DNA of 64,000 nucleotides from assembly GCA_964016885.1 (NCBI GenBank), contig CAXHJY010000718.1:35042-99041 (forward strand), in the 5' to 3' direction. This stretch comes from Eledone cirrhosa. Its lineage: Eukaryota. Below are positions 42,282-57,335 of this stretch, in pieces. The position numbers and the translations under genes were made by a program. Position 1 is the first letter of the stretch, and each line of letters begins with the position of its first letter. The notes under the pieces are model-generated. The model was not told the origin of the DNA. It ran no database searches and saw only the letters and a list, made by a program, of their open reading frames with translations.

Positions 42282-42670
42282 CAAAGGAATTGTGGTAAGG
42301 AACCAAATGGACCATAACGCACCAGAGTACTCAATACTTAAAGTAGTAGAGTGGGAAATAGGAAAAAGTATGACCCCGACGGCAGAGCTCAAGCCGTTTC
42401 GACGGCTATTTATAACCGTCGAAAGGGCTTGAGCTCTGCCGTCGGGGTCATATTTTTTCCTATATATAACGAAGGAAATGTGGTAAGGAACCAGGTGGAC
42501 CATAACGCACCAAAGTACTCAATATTTAGGGTAGTGGAATGGGTAATAGGAACGAGAAGGACCCCGACGGCTGAGCTCAAGCCGTTTCGACGGCTAATTC
42601 TGGACTAACATTTTAGTCCAGAATTAGCCATCGAAACGGCTTGAGCTCAGCCGTCGGGGTCCTACTCGTT

Positions 42671-42674
<4 letters not shown>
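42279..42674 (-). mobile_element. Two tandem family A copies, each with a fold-back palindrome
   Basis: Palindromes at about 42358-42463 and 42547-42674. Confidence 0.75.
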
Positions 42675-42761
<87 letters not shown>

Positions 42762-42889
42762 TTAGAAAGTGGGTTAGTGTTGGTTAATTTCCTTATAATT
42801 GTAGAGTGTTCAACTTGTCAGGCTGGAAGATGCCAATCTCATCGATGTGCAGAATTTACGTCGATCATTCCCGTTAGGAGTTGTTTATG

Positions 42890-43026
42890 TGTTAGGTAAT
42901 TCCGAAGGAAAAGCAGAGGAAAAAAGAGTGCTCTATGTATAGAACAGAGCTATTTAATTAAATAGCTCTGTTCTATACATAGAGCACTCTTTTTTCCTCT
43001 GCTTTTTCCTTCGGAATTACCTAACA
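42890..43026. repeat. 137-bp near-perfect palindrome
   Basis: Axis tttaattaaa. Arm is related to 19575-19631. Confidence 0.85.
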
Positions 43027-43260
43027 TATATATATGTGTGTGTGTGTGTATAATGATCTCTGATTAAGGCCAGTAATTTGAAGGAGAGGGGAAAGTCGAT
43101 TAAATCGACTCAAGTGTATTACTGGTTCTTTATTTTATCGACCCCGTAAGGATGAAAGGCAAAGTCAACCTCGGCGGGATTTGAACTCAGATCGTAAAGG
43201 GACGTTGCACTCTTTAAGGGTATGTCAATATTTATTTATAAAACTGCTCTATATTATATT

Positions 43261-43314
43261 TTATCTGATGAAAGCACACCAGAATTTAACTTGGTGTCCT
43301 TGAAATATGTATAA
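43261..43314 (+). ncRNA. Hammerhead motif (family B)
   Basis: ttat-CTGATGA-aagcacacc..ggtgtcctt-GAAA-tatg-TA-taa. Confidence 0.65.
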
Positions 43315-44770
43315 TGAAATAAATATGGTTTTATAAATATAGTTTCCATTTGTTAATATCGTATATATATATATATATATATATATAGTAATATGAAATA
43401 CGTTCCTTCACGCACAAGGCGCCAAGGTACGCATGTATTGTCCAACCAAATGCCAGTGTAGTTCAATGGCGGGTTAATAAATTAACGGGCCAGAACAAAT
43501 ATAAACAAGGTTTAGTAAATAATGAAAAAGTTTCAAAATAAATTTTAAAAAATTGACTTTACCTACTATAGTTACCTTTACCGATCGGTTTCGAATCCCA
43601 AAAATAAAACGGAGACCATACGGCCTTCGTTGCAAAGAAAGATTCTCGTCGGAAGGTTCTTTTCATTCAAAGAATATAAAATTCCTGAATTTAAATCACA
43701 AACTAGCGCTATCAAAAACTGTTCCTGGGATGAGAGTGGATGATGTAGAACAGGTTTATCAAGGGCCGTAGTATATATATCACGTATATATAATAATTTG
43801 GTGAAAATTAAAATATTCTTCTGAAATGTATATTGCTTCGAGTGTATATAGAGCTAATGGAAGAGACTTTCATGGAACTTGATCTGAAAAACTGTCATGA
43901 ATATTGATTACAGAATTATTTAAATTCGAGTGAAAGATTTTTCTAACTGGAACGGACCTCAGTCGGTTTCGGCGATGAATGTTTTAGTTATGCGTCACCT
44001 AATATATTTCTTTATTTTTAGCAATGTAATTTGAGGGACTTTCGTCTGCTATTTCTGTTGGTTGATTCCCCAACTCACACACATATAGAGGGTTCTGAAT
44101 TAATTCAGTTTATCCTTTGATTACGAGGGTCGACAGAAAAGTGAAAAGATGATGCTAGAGCTGGGATTTACTTTATTTATCGACCAGCAAAAAATAAAAG
44201 ACAAAATTGACCTCAGTGGGATTTGAACTCACAATTCAAAAAAGCCGGAATAAAGACCGAGGCATTTATTACGATGCTCTACCCATTTATTTATGCATGC
44301 AAGGTCCCGTAATTCCTGGGGAGGTCGTAGGAGCGTCATATTGACATACGGCATTTCTTGGGCATTTTAAAACTTGGCCGAGCTCATTTCCTCTCCAGGT
44401 TTGAATACAGATGTCTTCTAGAGAAGAATAGAGAGAGAAAGAGGGGGGGGGTAGAGTAAGAATCGACCTCAGTACTTGACTGCTACTTTTTTTTACCAAT
44501 TTCGAAAGGGTCAAAGGCAAAGTTGAGCTCAGTGGGATTTGAACTCAGAGCGCAGAGAGCTGGAACAAATACCACAAGGCATTCTATCTGACGTTCTAAT
44601 GACTTTACTAACTCCCCGCCTCCCTTCATTTAATATGATGCTTTATTTGTTAACAATTATATTTCATTGTTTAAATACGGGCAGCGGTTTCAGGAAAAAA
44701 CAACTAAGTTGATTGAATAAATTAAAAGTAGTTCTGAAGCAAATGCTCATTAAACACCTGATAATTACCT

Positions 44771-44986
44771 ATTAATTACCAGTTAGGGCGGTGGATTGGC
44801 AGTATCGGTAGAGGGTCGGACGCCATGCTTTCCAGCATAGTTACGTCCCTTTACGATCTGAGTTCAAATCCCGCCGAGGTTGACTTTGCCTTTCATCCTT
44901 ACGGGGTCGATAAAATAAAGTACCAGTAATGCACTGGGTAATTGCTGGCCTTGTGCCTAAAGTAGAAACAATTAATTACCAGTTAG
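44771..44986 (+). mobile_element. OK-like SINE with 16-bp TSD attaattaccagttag
   Basis: Direct repeats at 44771 and 44971. Confidence 0.85.
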
Positions 44987-47232
44987 ATATATTTCATGAT
45001 TATCATTTTTTTTTTTTAATGTGATCTTATTAAGGAGTCTAACAAACTGCATGACCTTCTCTTTTTATAGAATACAACTATTTACAGATATCAGATAATT
45101 AACTATGTTACGAACTGTATGTGTTAACACAGTGAGATTGTCGAAAATTTCATTTAGATAAAAGCCGTCCTTCGTAGAGAAAAGTTTGAGAACCACTAAC
45201 ATAAGCTCTCCATCTTTGACTTGTTTTCGGGGGAAGGGTATTTTTTTTTTTTTGTTTGTTTGTTATTTCTTTTCCTCTTATATTGTATCGGTCGCCTTAA
45301 ACCAACGCCCTGGCGAATCTTCCAATTCGCCGCCCCTTCATGGGATATTAGAGCTGTAATATTTAACATTTATATGATGTTATCATGAAATCTAATTTAG
45401 TAGGAGCTAATTTTATCGACCTGCCAACCCCCCCCCCCCCCCCCGTCAGCTCTCCATCCGCCGCAGCCCATCCCAATTTCAAAAATGAAAAGAATTAGGA
45501 ATGTGGAATTATTCCCTGGCATTTAGTGTCAAGATATAGCGTGCCTGATTTCTTATAACCACAGCCATCTCCTACAACTGACTACAAACTAAAAAGATCA
45601 AGCAGCCCCTAGGGAATTTACTGGGGTGGGAGAATAATCAACAACAAAATATATTACGGGGTTCCGTCATTGATATATTCAAGGAGGCACTTAAATTTTG
45701 ATGGAGTCGTAGAGGTGCCGCCCTGACAAACGTGTCATGGAGATTTTACATCTGACACAGCCCATTACTCCAGATCAGCAGGGAAAGTGCGTAGGCAGGA
45801 GAAAAAGATAAAGCGGGAGAGAGAGAAAGATATGGAAAAGGAATCAACCCAAGTATTGGTCTGATACTTTATTTATCGACCTCAAAAGGAAGCATACACA
45901 TGAGATGTACTTAGAGCCATTTCTTCGCCAAGTTATACATAGTTATTATTAATAAATAAGGGTTGTGGATTGGCAGTATCGGTAGAGGGTCGGACGCCAT
46001 GCTTTGCAGCAAAGAGTTACGGCCCTTTATGGTCCGAGTTCAAATCCCGCCGAGGTTAACTTTGCCTTTCATCCCAATGTATTACTGTGAGATTGTTGAA
46101 AATTTCATTTAGATAAAAGCCGTCCTTCGTAGAGAAAAGTTTGAGAACCACTAACATAAGCTATTTTATCGACCCCCGATAAAATAAAGTACCAGTAATA
46201 CATTGGGATAATTGCTGGCCTTGTGCCAAAAGTAGAAACAACAGTTATTATTAATAATTTATTAGTTAACGTGCAATTAACATGTTCATTCTTAAATCTA
46301 TAATTCTGTCGACATTTAAAGAACTTCACAGCCTCATCTTCAGTATAAGACTGATTGTAGTAGTAACGTATTATTCCTGCATCCGTGATTTTAATTGTAC
46401 TCCCATGATCCTTTGCGACCAGTCCGAAACAGATTAATAATATGCCACTGCTACAATCATTCATATACTGAAGACGAGACTAGGAAAGTCTCCATATTTT
46501 AAATAATCTGACAAGAGAAAGTAATAGAATTATACATAAAGGGAATGCGGTCTTATTTTAATCAAAACTGAATGAAACTCTAATTATTTTAATATGCAGT
46601 TGACTCCTCCTTGGATAAATTTACATTTGTGTCAAATACTACATACACTTACACACTAAATGGGGGTTAAATGACTCATAGTTTGTTTACAAATACTTCC
46701 CAGATTTAGAGAATATCAAATACAGGTTCATAACACCAGCCACAAATATTTGAGCAATTCTTAAATATCTTTGAAATGAACTCTGGTAAAGATTAAGTTC
46801 AGCACTTCAAGCTATCATATCTCGTAAACTATTCATGCATACGAAAGGTGGGCTGTATTATTGGAGAGTTTAGTGTCTGGGTCGCTAACACAGCGCAGCG
46901 CCGATGACACAATAACAACCACAGGCTCCACTGTCGAATGATCAACACGTGACTGTCAGGAATTTTATTATAATCTAGGATCGTTGGTTATTATCAGCCG
47001 TTTTGTCTAACCGACAACTGGGTCATTGGATTAAGTTATACCACATTCCAGGAAATAACATCTGCGAAATCTCTTCTCACATTCTTTCAACTATAATTAG
47101 GCCTCGTAAAGGTAAAAAAATACCGTTTATTATTTTGTTTTTTTTTGTTGTTGTTTTTTGCATTTTTTTTTCTATTAAAATAAAACATAGTTAGGGATTT
47201 TGAATGAGGTATATATATATGTGTGTGTGTGA

Positions 47233-47452
47233 AGGCGCATGGTTTAGTGGTTAGAGCATTGAGCTTACAATCGAAAGGTTGTAAGTTCAATTCTCGGACC
47301 AGATGCTGTGTTGTTTCCTTGAGCAAGACACTTTATTTCACGTTGCTCCAGTTTACTCAGCTGTAGAAATGAGATGATAGGACTGGGGTCCCTATCATTA
47401 AATTATCTAAGATACCTCCAACAAGCTAAACCTGCATAGGTGTGAGCTGTCA
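47233..47452 (+). mobile_element. Second tRNA-derived SINE family
   Basis: Homolog of 30688-30933. Confidence 0.7.
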
Positions 47453-47673
47453 CACACAATGAGATATATAAACAATCTTCACCAGTCGACGACCGATAAC
47501 ACCATTTATCAAATAGATATCGTGTAGATCTAAAAATTATCTTTATTGGAATACCACCTTATGTTATATCTATCCTTTTCTATAAACTATTTCTTTCTTC
47601 GTTCATTAACAAACTTTGATGTATCACATTCTTTCTTATCAGTCTCATATTGACATCTGCCGGTTTACTCATT

Positions 47674-47731
<58 letters not shown>

Positions 47732-47946
47732 GTAATAATAAATATGAAGACCAAAATCGAAGAGGGCTCGATAAGGATTATATATAAACCTGTAGAGCAG
47801 ATATTTATTAGTAGTACAGATTAAAGTTTAAGCAAAGAATCGCTACTTTCACCTGATAACGGGATCTTCTGAAGTATTTGAGTTTCAGAAGATCCCGTTT
47901 ATAGGGTGAAAGCAGTGATTCTTTGCTTAAACTGTAATGTGTACTA

Positions 47947-47994
<48 letters not shown>

Positions 47995-49459
47995 TGCACA
48001 CAGTTTGGTGGCAAACTCCTCATCGAAAGTTCTTATACTATTTACTTGACGGGACAAAAATGTATTGCTTCTATTTTAGGCACAAGGCCAGCAATTACTC
48101 AGTACATTACTGGTACTTTATTTTATCGACCCCATAAGGATGAAAGGCAAAGTTAACCTCGGCGGGATTTGAACTCAGATCATAAAGGGACGTAACTCTA
48201 TGCTTCAAAGCATAGAGTTGACGGGACAAAAATTTATAGTGGTTAAATATGCGTCGATTAGCACTTCATCTATAAATAGAAATGATTTCAATGCTGATTA
48301 TAAGATTTAGAGCTAATTAATCACTATTTAACCATAAAACTACAGTTTAATACTCATTTGATTTGAGCATCTTTTATTTATTTTTTTTTAGAAAGTAGAA
48401 AAAGATGCGTAAAGTCATTTAACATTCTCGCCGATCTAACTTTCCACCAGAGATGCGATTTTCTTGTTGCAAAGCATGGTTTCCGATCCTCTACCGATAC
48501 TGACAATCTAAATAATATCTGTTTCTATGCTGTATACAATTTTATGGAACTATTTGTAACCAGTGAGTGACCGTTAATGAGACCTTCTGCAAAGAAGCTC
48601 TAATATATGTTTATAGTGATATATATATATGTGTGTGTGTGTGTGTCTGTGTCTGTGTGTGTGTCTGTGTGTGTATCTGTGTGTGTATGTATGTGTGTGT
48701 ATGACTATAACTGATCGCTGGAGATTTATGGGGAAGCTCTAACTAACAGTGTGTCATAATTAATTTACGCTTTCCATTTAAGAGTACACCATATATTTCA
48801 TGACGTCTGCAAGATAGGTACGAGCAGACTTCAATTTATCACAGCATGTTCACATGCTATGGCAACTCCGTCGGTTTCGATGATGAGCGTGTTCGAGTTA
48901 TTCGAAGTTTGAAGAACGGGACAGCTTGCTCGTGAAATTAAGGTGCTCGACGTACCTGAGCATTTCACAGACACGTGTAACATTGACTTGTTCTCATGGA
49001 GATTCAGTAGGACATAGTATGTTACAAGTCTGGCTCTTTGAATTACAGGTACAACTGGTAATTTGATTTAACTTGCAAGTGACTGAGCATTCCAGAAATA
49101 CGTTTGTGTATGTATGTATGTATGTATGTATGTATGTATGTATGGGAGTGAAGGACCCCTAGCTTTTGTTAGGGTATTCTTCTAGGAGAAGGCAACTCAG
49201 TAAAATGGGATAACTCCGATATAAAACCTGCGGCTCAGTAGTTACCGATGATGTTGATCTTTTCTTCTTTTCGGGTTATAGCCACTGTCGCTCAGAGAGA
49301 GGGATTGGCTCAGTGCACAGTCTTTCCTCATTTTAACAGAAATCTTGACGCACAGGCATTGCACGATAGAATTAGTTAATAATTATTAATAATGATATAT
49401 CGTGAAATGGCCATATTCGATAACGAGGGCGGGGGGACCATCATGTATGTATGTATATA

Positions 49460-50048
49460 GTGGCTGCCAACTCGTTTTCGAGTACGGCCACTACTTTATA
49501 TCCATGTAGGAGAACTCCTACCGATGCGCTGAACGAGTGTGACATTTTAGTCCAGCCAGCGACTTGAAAACTCTGGTACAAACACTACACCTGTGACAAT
49601 TATTGACACATAGTGCTGGGCCCATGGTACCATGTGACGACAAGTGCAGAGAGATCTCCAGATATAAAGCAATGCCTGTGCCGTGAAGCTTTTATAGTGA
49701 GCAAAGGCACTGCACAAAGCCAGTCCCACACTCTTAACCAAGATGATATTTACCAAAAAGAAGAACAAGTCAACATCATTGGATACCATCAGGGTTGCAG
49801 GTGTTATATCACAGTTTTCCTTCTCATAGAATTCTGCCTTGACAAAGGCTAAGGGGTCATCTCTCCCGGTGATTTTGGATGGCCATTGACTCTTTGACAG
49901 GTTTTGTTTTTAGTCCTGCAGGATGTCCAAAGTCACCCTCCTCACCAAGAAACCTTGGTGGGGTTGCCAGTTTAGTCGCCAACGACCCGACCATGAGACA
50001 GGTTGTACTGGGATACATGTTACCAGTAGCACCAACTAGTGACCTGAC
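49460..50048 (-). mobile_element. Copy of the bipartite RTE derivative
   Basis: Homology to 31005-31614. Confidence 0.75.
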
Positions 50049-50716
50049 ATAATGTATGTATATATAACACTTAATACAGAAGTATAATATTTCAATTATA
50101 AAATGGAAGATGACAGGGCCACCATAGGTACGGTCTTTACTTCTTGGTATAACTGAATGTGTGGAAAGCTAATTGTCTCCTTTAAAACATTGACATTATA
50201 ATCAACAGAACATTCTTGAAGGAAATCTACGATGGTAACATCTTTATTCTAGATAATTGTTCAATTACGATGTGATAAATAACAGGAAATTTCTTATTGA
50301 AAAATAGCGAACAGACGTCAATATAAAACAGAGCTTTCTTGCAGCATAATACATCCATTGAATGTTCCATCTGCCTTTGTACCACTCTAACTCTTTCTCC
50401 TTATATATATATATATATATATATAGTAATAATAATAAATTTGAAGACTAAAATCCAAAGAGGGATCGATAAGAATAAATATATATCAAATATATAAGAA
50501 CCGTAGAACAAATATTTATTAAAATAACAGATTAAAGTTTAAGCAAAGAATCGCTGCTTTCACTCTTAATAGATATTCTAGCTCTAGGTCTTACACAAAC
50601 CATTACAAACCATTACATTCTTTCTTTAAAGAAAGTCGACCCACTGGAATTCTTCCTGTCTTCTACAACAGTTTAAGAGTAAAGTTAATAATATCAACCG
50701 TCAATCTCATCGATCT

Positions 50717-52351
50717 GTCAACGATTCTATCAGACCAAAGTCAACGATTCTATCAGACCAAAGTCAACGATTCTATCAGACCAAAGTCAATGGTTCTATC
50801 AGACTAAAATCAATGGTTCTATCAGACCAAAGTCAACGATTCTATCAGACCAAAGTCAACGATTCTATCAGACCAAAGTCAACGATTCTATCAGACCAAA
50901 GTCAATGATTCTATCAGACCAAAGTCAATGATTCTATCAGACTAAAGTCAATGATTCTATCAGACCAAAGTCAACGATTCTATCAGACTAAAGTCAATGA
51001 TTCTATCAGACCAAAGTCAATGATTCTATCAGACCAAAGTCAACGATTCTATCAGACCAAAGTCAACGATTCTATCAGACCAAAGTCAACGATTCTATCA
51101 GACCAAAGTCAACGATTCTATCAGACTAAAGTCAATGATTCTATCAGACCAAAGTCAATGATTCTATCAGACCAAAGTCAACGATTCTATCAGACCAAAG
51201 TCAACGATTCTATCAGACCAAAGTCAACGATTCTATCAGACCAAAGTCAATGATTCTATCAGACCAAAGTCAATGATTCTATCAGACTAAAGTCAATGAT
51301 TCTATCAGACCAAAGTCAACGATTCTATCAGACGAAAGTCAATGGTTCTATCAGACCAAAATCAACGATTCTATCAGATCAAAGTCAACGATTCTATCAG
51401 ACCAAAGTCAATGGTTCTATCAGACCAAAATCAACGATTCTATCAGACCAAAGTCAACGATTCTATCAGACCAAAGTCAATGATTCTATCAGACCAAAGT
51501 CAACGATTCTATCAGACCAAAGTTGTTTCTATCAGACCAAAATCAACGATTCTATCAGACCAAAGTCAACGATTCTATCAGACCAAAGTCAATGATTCTA
51601 TCAGACCAAAGTCAACGATTCTATCAGACCAAAGTCAACGATTCTATCAGACCAAAGTCAATGGTTCTATCAGACCAAAATCAACGATTCTATCAGACCA
51701 AAGTCAATGGTTCTATCAGACCAAAATCAATGATTCTATCAGACCAAAGTCAATGATTCTATCAGACCAAAGTCAACGATTCTATCAGACCAAAGTCAAC
51801 GATTCTATCAGACCAAAGTCAATGATTCTATCAGACCAAAGTCAACGATTCTATCAGACCAAAGTCAACGATTCTATCAGACCAAAGTCAATGATTCTAT
51901 CAGACCAAAGTCAATGATTCTATCAGACTAAAGTCAATGATTCTATCAGACCAAAGTCAACGATTCTATCAGACTAAAGTCAATGATTCTATCAGACCAA
52001 AGTCAATGATTCTATCAGACCAAAGTCAACGATTCTATCAGACCAAAGTCAACGATTCTATCAGACCAAAGTCAACGATTCTATCAGACCAAAGTCAATG
52101 ATTCTATCAGACCAAAGTCAATGATTCTATCAGACTAAAGTCAATGATTCTATCAGACCAAAGTCAACGATTCTATCAGACTAAAGTCAATGATTCTATC
52201 AGACCAAAGTCAATGATTCTATCAGATCAAAGTCAACGATTCTATCAGACCAAAGTCAACGATTCTAATAGACCAAAGTCAATGATTCTATCAGATCAAA
52301 GTCAACGATTCTATCAGACCAAAGTCAACGATTCTATCAGACCAAAGTCAA
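50717..52351. repeat. 23-bp minisatellite GTCAAYGATTCTATCAGACCAAA, about 70 copies
   Basis: Direct tandem repetition with no spacers. Confidence 0.95.
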
Positions 52352-52562
52352 TATATAATGTATATATCAAAACAACACTAAATAAATCTGGTATTTCTTG
52401 ACTTCATCAATAACAAATACATTGTTATTGTATCTCCAATATTGTAGTCATATCGATCATTTACACCATTTACTATCATATAGCTAATTAAATATTACTA
52501 ATTACTTGAAAATCGTATTAAAATTGATGATAGCAGTTTTAAATATCTCTCTCTTTCACTAT

Positions 52563-52596
<34 letters not shown>

Positions 52597-52612
52597 CTCT
52601 CTCTCCCTGTCA

Positions 52613-52648
<36 letters not shown>

Positions 52649-53446
52649 GGTAGTAGTAGTAGCAATAGTAGTAGCTACTGGAGTGGTGGTTGTTGTTTTT
52701 TCCCCTTCAATTCATCATTGTTTCCATGACCTGATACCATTACGATATCTTCTTCAAGTGTCTCTGATAAAGAACGCCTCAAGTGTACAACACCCGATAA
52801 TAATCAAAGTTCTAGAAAGTTTAAGAAGATTTTACTCACGTCTAGCGCAGAAGTTAATTAATTTATTGTTTTTATCCAAAATAACTCTTTATCTTAATTG
52901 AATGAATTTATTAGCTAATGGTCAGGTAAATTTTAGTCAGATATGTGTCTAATTTATTCTATTATCATTAGCTGGAAAGAATATTGTACTTTAAATAATT
53001 TAGTTCTTGTAATGAGGTATGGAAGAAAATAGAATGGTTTTATGGCAGTTTTAACTATACATCCAATGCCAATCAATAGAGAAACGTCAAAATCAATTAA
53101 AAGGATAAAGCAAAACATTAGATTTTGAGGTTTCACCCCTTTAACACGTTCGTCTCTCTATTTCTAATGAAAATAATCGATAATTTGAAGTGATTTTGTT
53201 GTAGAATTGGTGTTAGTAAACTGTTGTGTTATAAACAACGTTGCAACGTGTGGGGGGGGGGGGTTGAGGTTTCATCCCTGTAACACTTTCGTCTCTCTAT
53301 TTCTAATGAAAATAATCGTGAAAGCTTTTAAATAGAAACACTTTACAATATATAGTCCTGTATTGTAAAATCAAAGGCGGATGTTGTTTTAATGCAGTGA
53401 TAGGCAGTGTTATTTGTGTTGCTGTTGTTGTTATTATTACTGTCTG

Positions 53447-53955
53447 AGGCGGTGAATTCGCAGTATCGGTAGACGGTCGGACGCCATGCTTTCACGCATA
53501 GAGTTACGGCCCTTGCCATTCTGAGTTCAAATTCAGTCGAGGTTAACTTTACCTTTCATCCTTACGGGGTCGATAAAATTAAGTACCAGTGATTCACTGG
53601 GGTAATCGCTGGCCTTGTGCCAAAAGTAGACACTCTAAGAGCGGTGGATTGGCAGTATTGGTAGAGGGTCGAACGCCATGCTTTGCAGCAAGAGTCACGG
53701 CCCTTTATGATCTGAGTTCAAATCCCGCCGAGGTTTATTTTGCCTTTCATCCTTACGGGGTCGATAAAATAAAGTACCAGTAATGTTCTGGGTAATTGCT
53801 GGCCTTGTGCCAAAAAAGTAGAAACAATTATAATATAATTGTTTCTATTTTAGGCACAAAGCCAGCAAATACCCAGTACATTACTGGTACTTTATTTTAT
53901 CGACCCCATAAGGATGAAAGGCAAAGTTAACCTCGGCGGGATTTGAACTCAGATC
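53447..53955. mobile_element. Three adjacent OK-like SINEs (two +, one -)
   Basis: Family homology. Confidence 0.75.
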
Positions 53956-54936
53956 AAAATTGTGACTTTGTCGTTTAATGCTGCATGGCTTTAACACAAC
54001 ATTTCCAGAAATATACTGTTGTTAAATAGAACACCATTCAGTGAAGTGTATTCTATAAAAATAGAAATTAATCTCAAAACATCTCAACACAGACTAAACT
54101 GAAATTAAACGAAGATTTATGTTTTGTTAATGTTCCATTGCCCATTGGGATTTATATAATCTCCTGTGGCCTCATTTAAATGTATATTTTATTCATCTAA
54201 TACACAAGTTTATGCATATATGAGAATAATTGTCTAATTATTGTAATTTGTTTCTGTAATTACAAAATCGGTTTCTTTATTACTACTAGGTTTTATAAGT
54301 ATTATTTTCTGTTTTCTGTTGTCATAATTATTATATCAGTAATTGTCCTTTCGTTTTCTAAACAATTTAGCATTTATTTCTATTTATCAGGAGTAATTCT
54401 GTTATTTCTGAGAACATCCTTTCTTTCCTCTAACGATAATATTTTTGTTTACCCCCCACAAATTATGTCACCCTTTTGATACCAACTGTGAAGTCACAGA
54501 GGCTGCGTGGGTGGTGGGGAGCTGTTTCGAAGGTTATCAGTCATTGAACGGCATAAGTATGTAATATTTTCCAAGCCTACGATCGGAAGAACTTTCGACA
54601 AATCTCGTTCGTAGCTGTATGATAGATGTTTATATATTGCTGTTAATACAGCTAACGTGTGTTTCATACGATGTTGTTCTAATGTCAACTTTATTCAATG
54701 AAACAAAAACCAAAACCTAGACAGTACATGGCGACATATTTCTCATATATAATGTGAAGAACTACACTACAATACAACTTTATTTTGAGAGGAAAATTGA
54801 AACTATTCGAAAAGTTTTCTTTGTCTAGTAAAGGAATAATCGATGTTTAATAATTATATTTAAAACGAGAAAGTATTAACTAATCGATGTTATACCCTTG
54901 TGCTCTTGACTGGACATTCACACAGACATACTTACA

Positions 54937-54989
<53 letters not shown>

Positions 54990-55042
54990 CATATATACAT
55001 TCTTATATATATATATACATATATATTATACATATATACATT

Positions 55043-55132
<90 letters not shown>

Positions 55133-55221
55133 TTCAAAAGAACAAACAAACAAACGCAGGAGTCATAAGTAAATAGTGTTATACACACACACACACACAC
55201 ACACACAGACACACACACACA

Positions 55222-55275
<54 letters not shown>

Positions 55276-55277
<2 letters not shown>

Positions 55278-55483
55278 GGAACGAGTAGGACCCCAACGGC
55301 TGAACTCAAGCCGTTTCGACGGCTAATTCTGGACTAAAATCATTTTAGTCCACAATTAGCCGTCGAAACGGCTTGAGCTCAGCCGTCGGGGTCCTACTCG
55401 TTCCTATTACCCACTCTACTACCCTAAGTATTGAGTACTTTGGTGCGTTATGGTCCACCTGGTTCCTTACCACATTTCCTTCG

Positions 55484-55486
<3 letters not shown>
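55276..55486 (+). mobile_element. Family A fold-back palindrome (55276-55406) plus tail
   Basis: Inverted arms, flanked by (TA)n. Confidence 0.75.
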
Positions 55487-55539
<53 letters not shown>

Positions 55540-55909
55540 CGCAGTGAGAAAGAATGGAAAGAGTCTATTTGAATTGCATTTCGGAGTTATTGTTTTTCAT
55601 GGGAGGAAGACTAGTGACGCTGCTCTAATACAGAATATCCTTTACTGCCTGTCTTTGTTGGGACCATTATTCATACTTTAAGATAGAGAATCGTTAATAG
55701 ATATACAGAGGAAGGCTTCACTTTCAATCTCTGATCTTTTAGGTCATGTTATAATAAGAATATTAATTTCGGAGTTAACTTCCCTTTTGCGTGAGGTTCT
55801 TTGTTTCATAATATGCAGGCAGTAAATTTTAATCTTTATATAACCTGTCACATGCAGTTGGAGGGATGTCATGCAACATGCATGAATCAAACATTGGCGG
55901 AACTAACTT

Positions 55910-55950
<41 letters not shown>

Positions 55951-57335
55951 TGGGTTACTGGTTACATTCAAATTGTAGGCTGTCAAAAACTGTCAAGAGT
56001 TATGCCCCAGAGAATGAAGGGTCCTTCATTCATCAGTTGGTTTCTGTATTGGAGAAAGAAAACAAAATATATAAGAAGCGGTAATATTAGCGACTCTCAA
56101 AGGGGAGATAATGTCAATAAATTAAGAATTAATCTCGTGTTGTTAATTGACATGCATGGGAGAAAGCCTTATCCTTTTTTACAGGCAAGAGATAATAATG
56201 AACATATAACCTTTTATTAAACCTAATTAAGTGATGATATAATGACTTTCGTACACACATAATTCTTAACTAATTGAAATTTCCCACATATTCGGAGAAA
56301 GAAAACAAAAATCTAGCTAGCGGTAATATGTCAAAGAAATTAAAGATTAATCTCTCATTGTTAATTTATAGACAAGGAAGAAATATAGACATGTTTCGTT
56401 CTGTTGGACATCCGCAGCTTAGGATTCTCTACTGAACCTACCTCTTGATCGGTTGATAAATATATCTGTTTTTCTTTTTCTTTTGTGTGTGGGGGGGATT
56501 TATAAAAAGAGTTCTGAATATAATTTGCATAATTAGAAAATGAAATTATCTAAGTTTGTTCTGGAGCCAATATCAAATATTCGGTGGGGGAATCAAATAC
56601 CAAAAGTAGAATCAATCAGGAAGTTTAGAATATATAGAGACAAAGAGGAGCCTATTTTAATATTTTAATTTACCCAGGACGTTTTTTGTTACATGTTTCG
56701 TGATAAAAAAAGAATCATTGAAATTGTTCATATTGTGAATTAAATGTGATCCATTCTATTTTAAAATCTTTCACTGTATTTCATTTTATTATATCGATAT
56801 GTTGGGGTTTTTTCTTTGTTTTTTCTTTGTTTTTTCTTTTCTTTTTTTTTTTCTTTCTTTATATATTTCTTTACTTATTTATTTTGTTGTGTCTAGAACC
56901 GTAAAGAGGAATACGTAATCGGTGTTGGTGTTCTAAAACTATTTCCGTTTTGATTATCCATTGTATCTGTTTCACTTCGGTTTAGGCTATAAATATACTT
57001 TGGAATCGATACCACCTCCTACACTGATAAATGTGAGGTTTTACTCATATATGAATTTGAAAAAAGTAATACAATTAAGCTTTATAGAAAGACGCTGGAG
57101 ATTATTAAGAATGTAAACTAAATCGATACAATTGTATTCTGTAGCTTCTTCTTCTTCTTCGCCCACTTATTCCTGAGCGTCCTTTCAGCGGGTCCTATCA
57201 GAAGCAACTGTCTCCAACTGATCTGGCTGGATCCCCAAACGTGACCAGCTAAGGTCATGGATGTTATCCAACCATCTTGCTTGGGGTGGGTCTACCTCTG
57301 GGTCTCCTGCCGGTTGGTTTAGACCGTAAAATCTG

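Noticed and set aside
44786-44880. tRNA gene (A/B-box-like motifs)
   Set aside because: Part of a multicopy SINE with TSDs and no proper cloverleaf. Same applies to other copies.
50717-52401. CRISPR array or repetitive protein ORFs (ILSDQSQRFYQTKVND...)
   Set aside because: Contiguous 23-bp units with no unique spacers, no cas genes, and unit length not a multiple of 3
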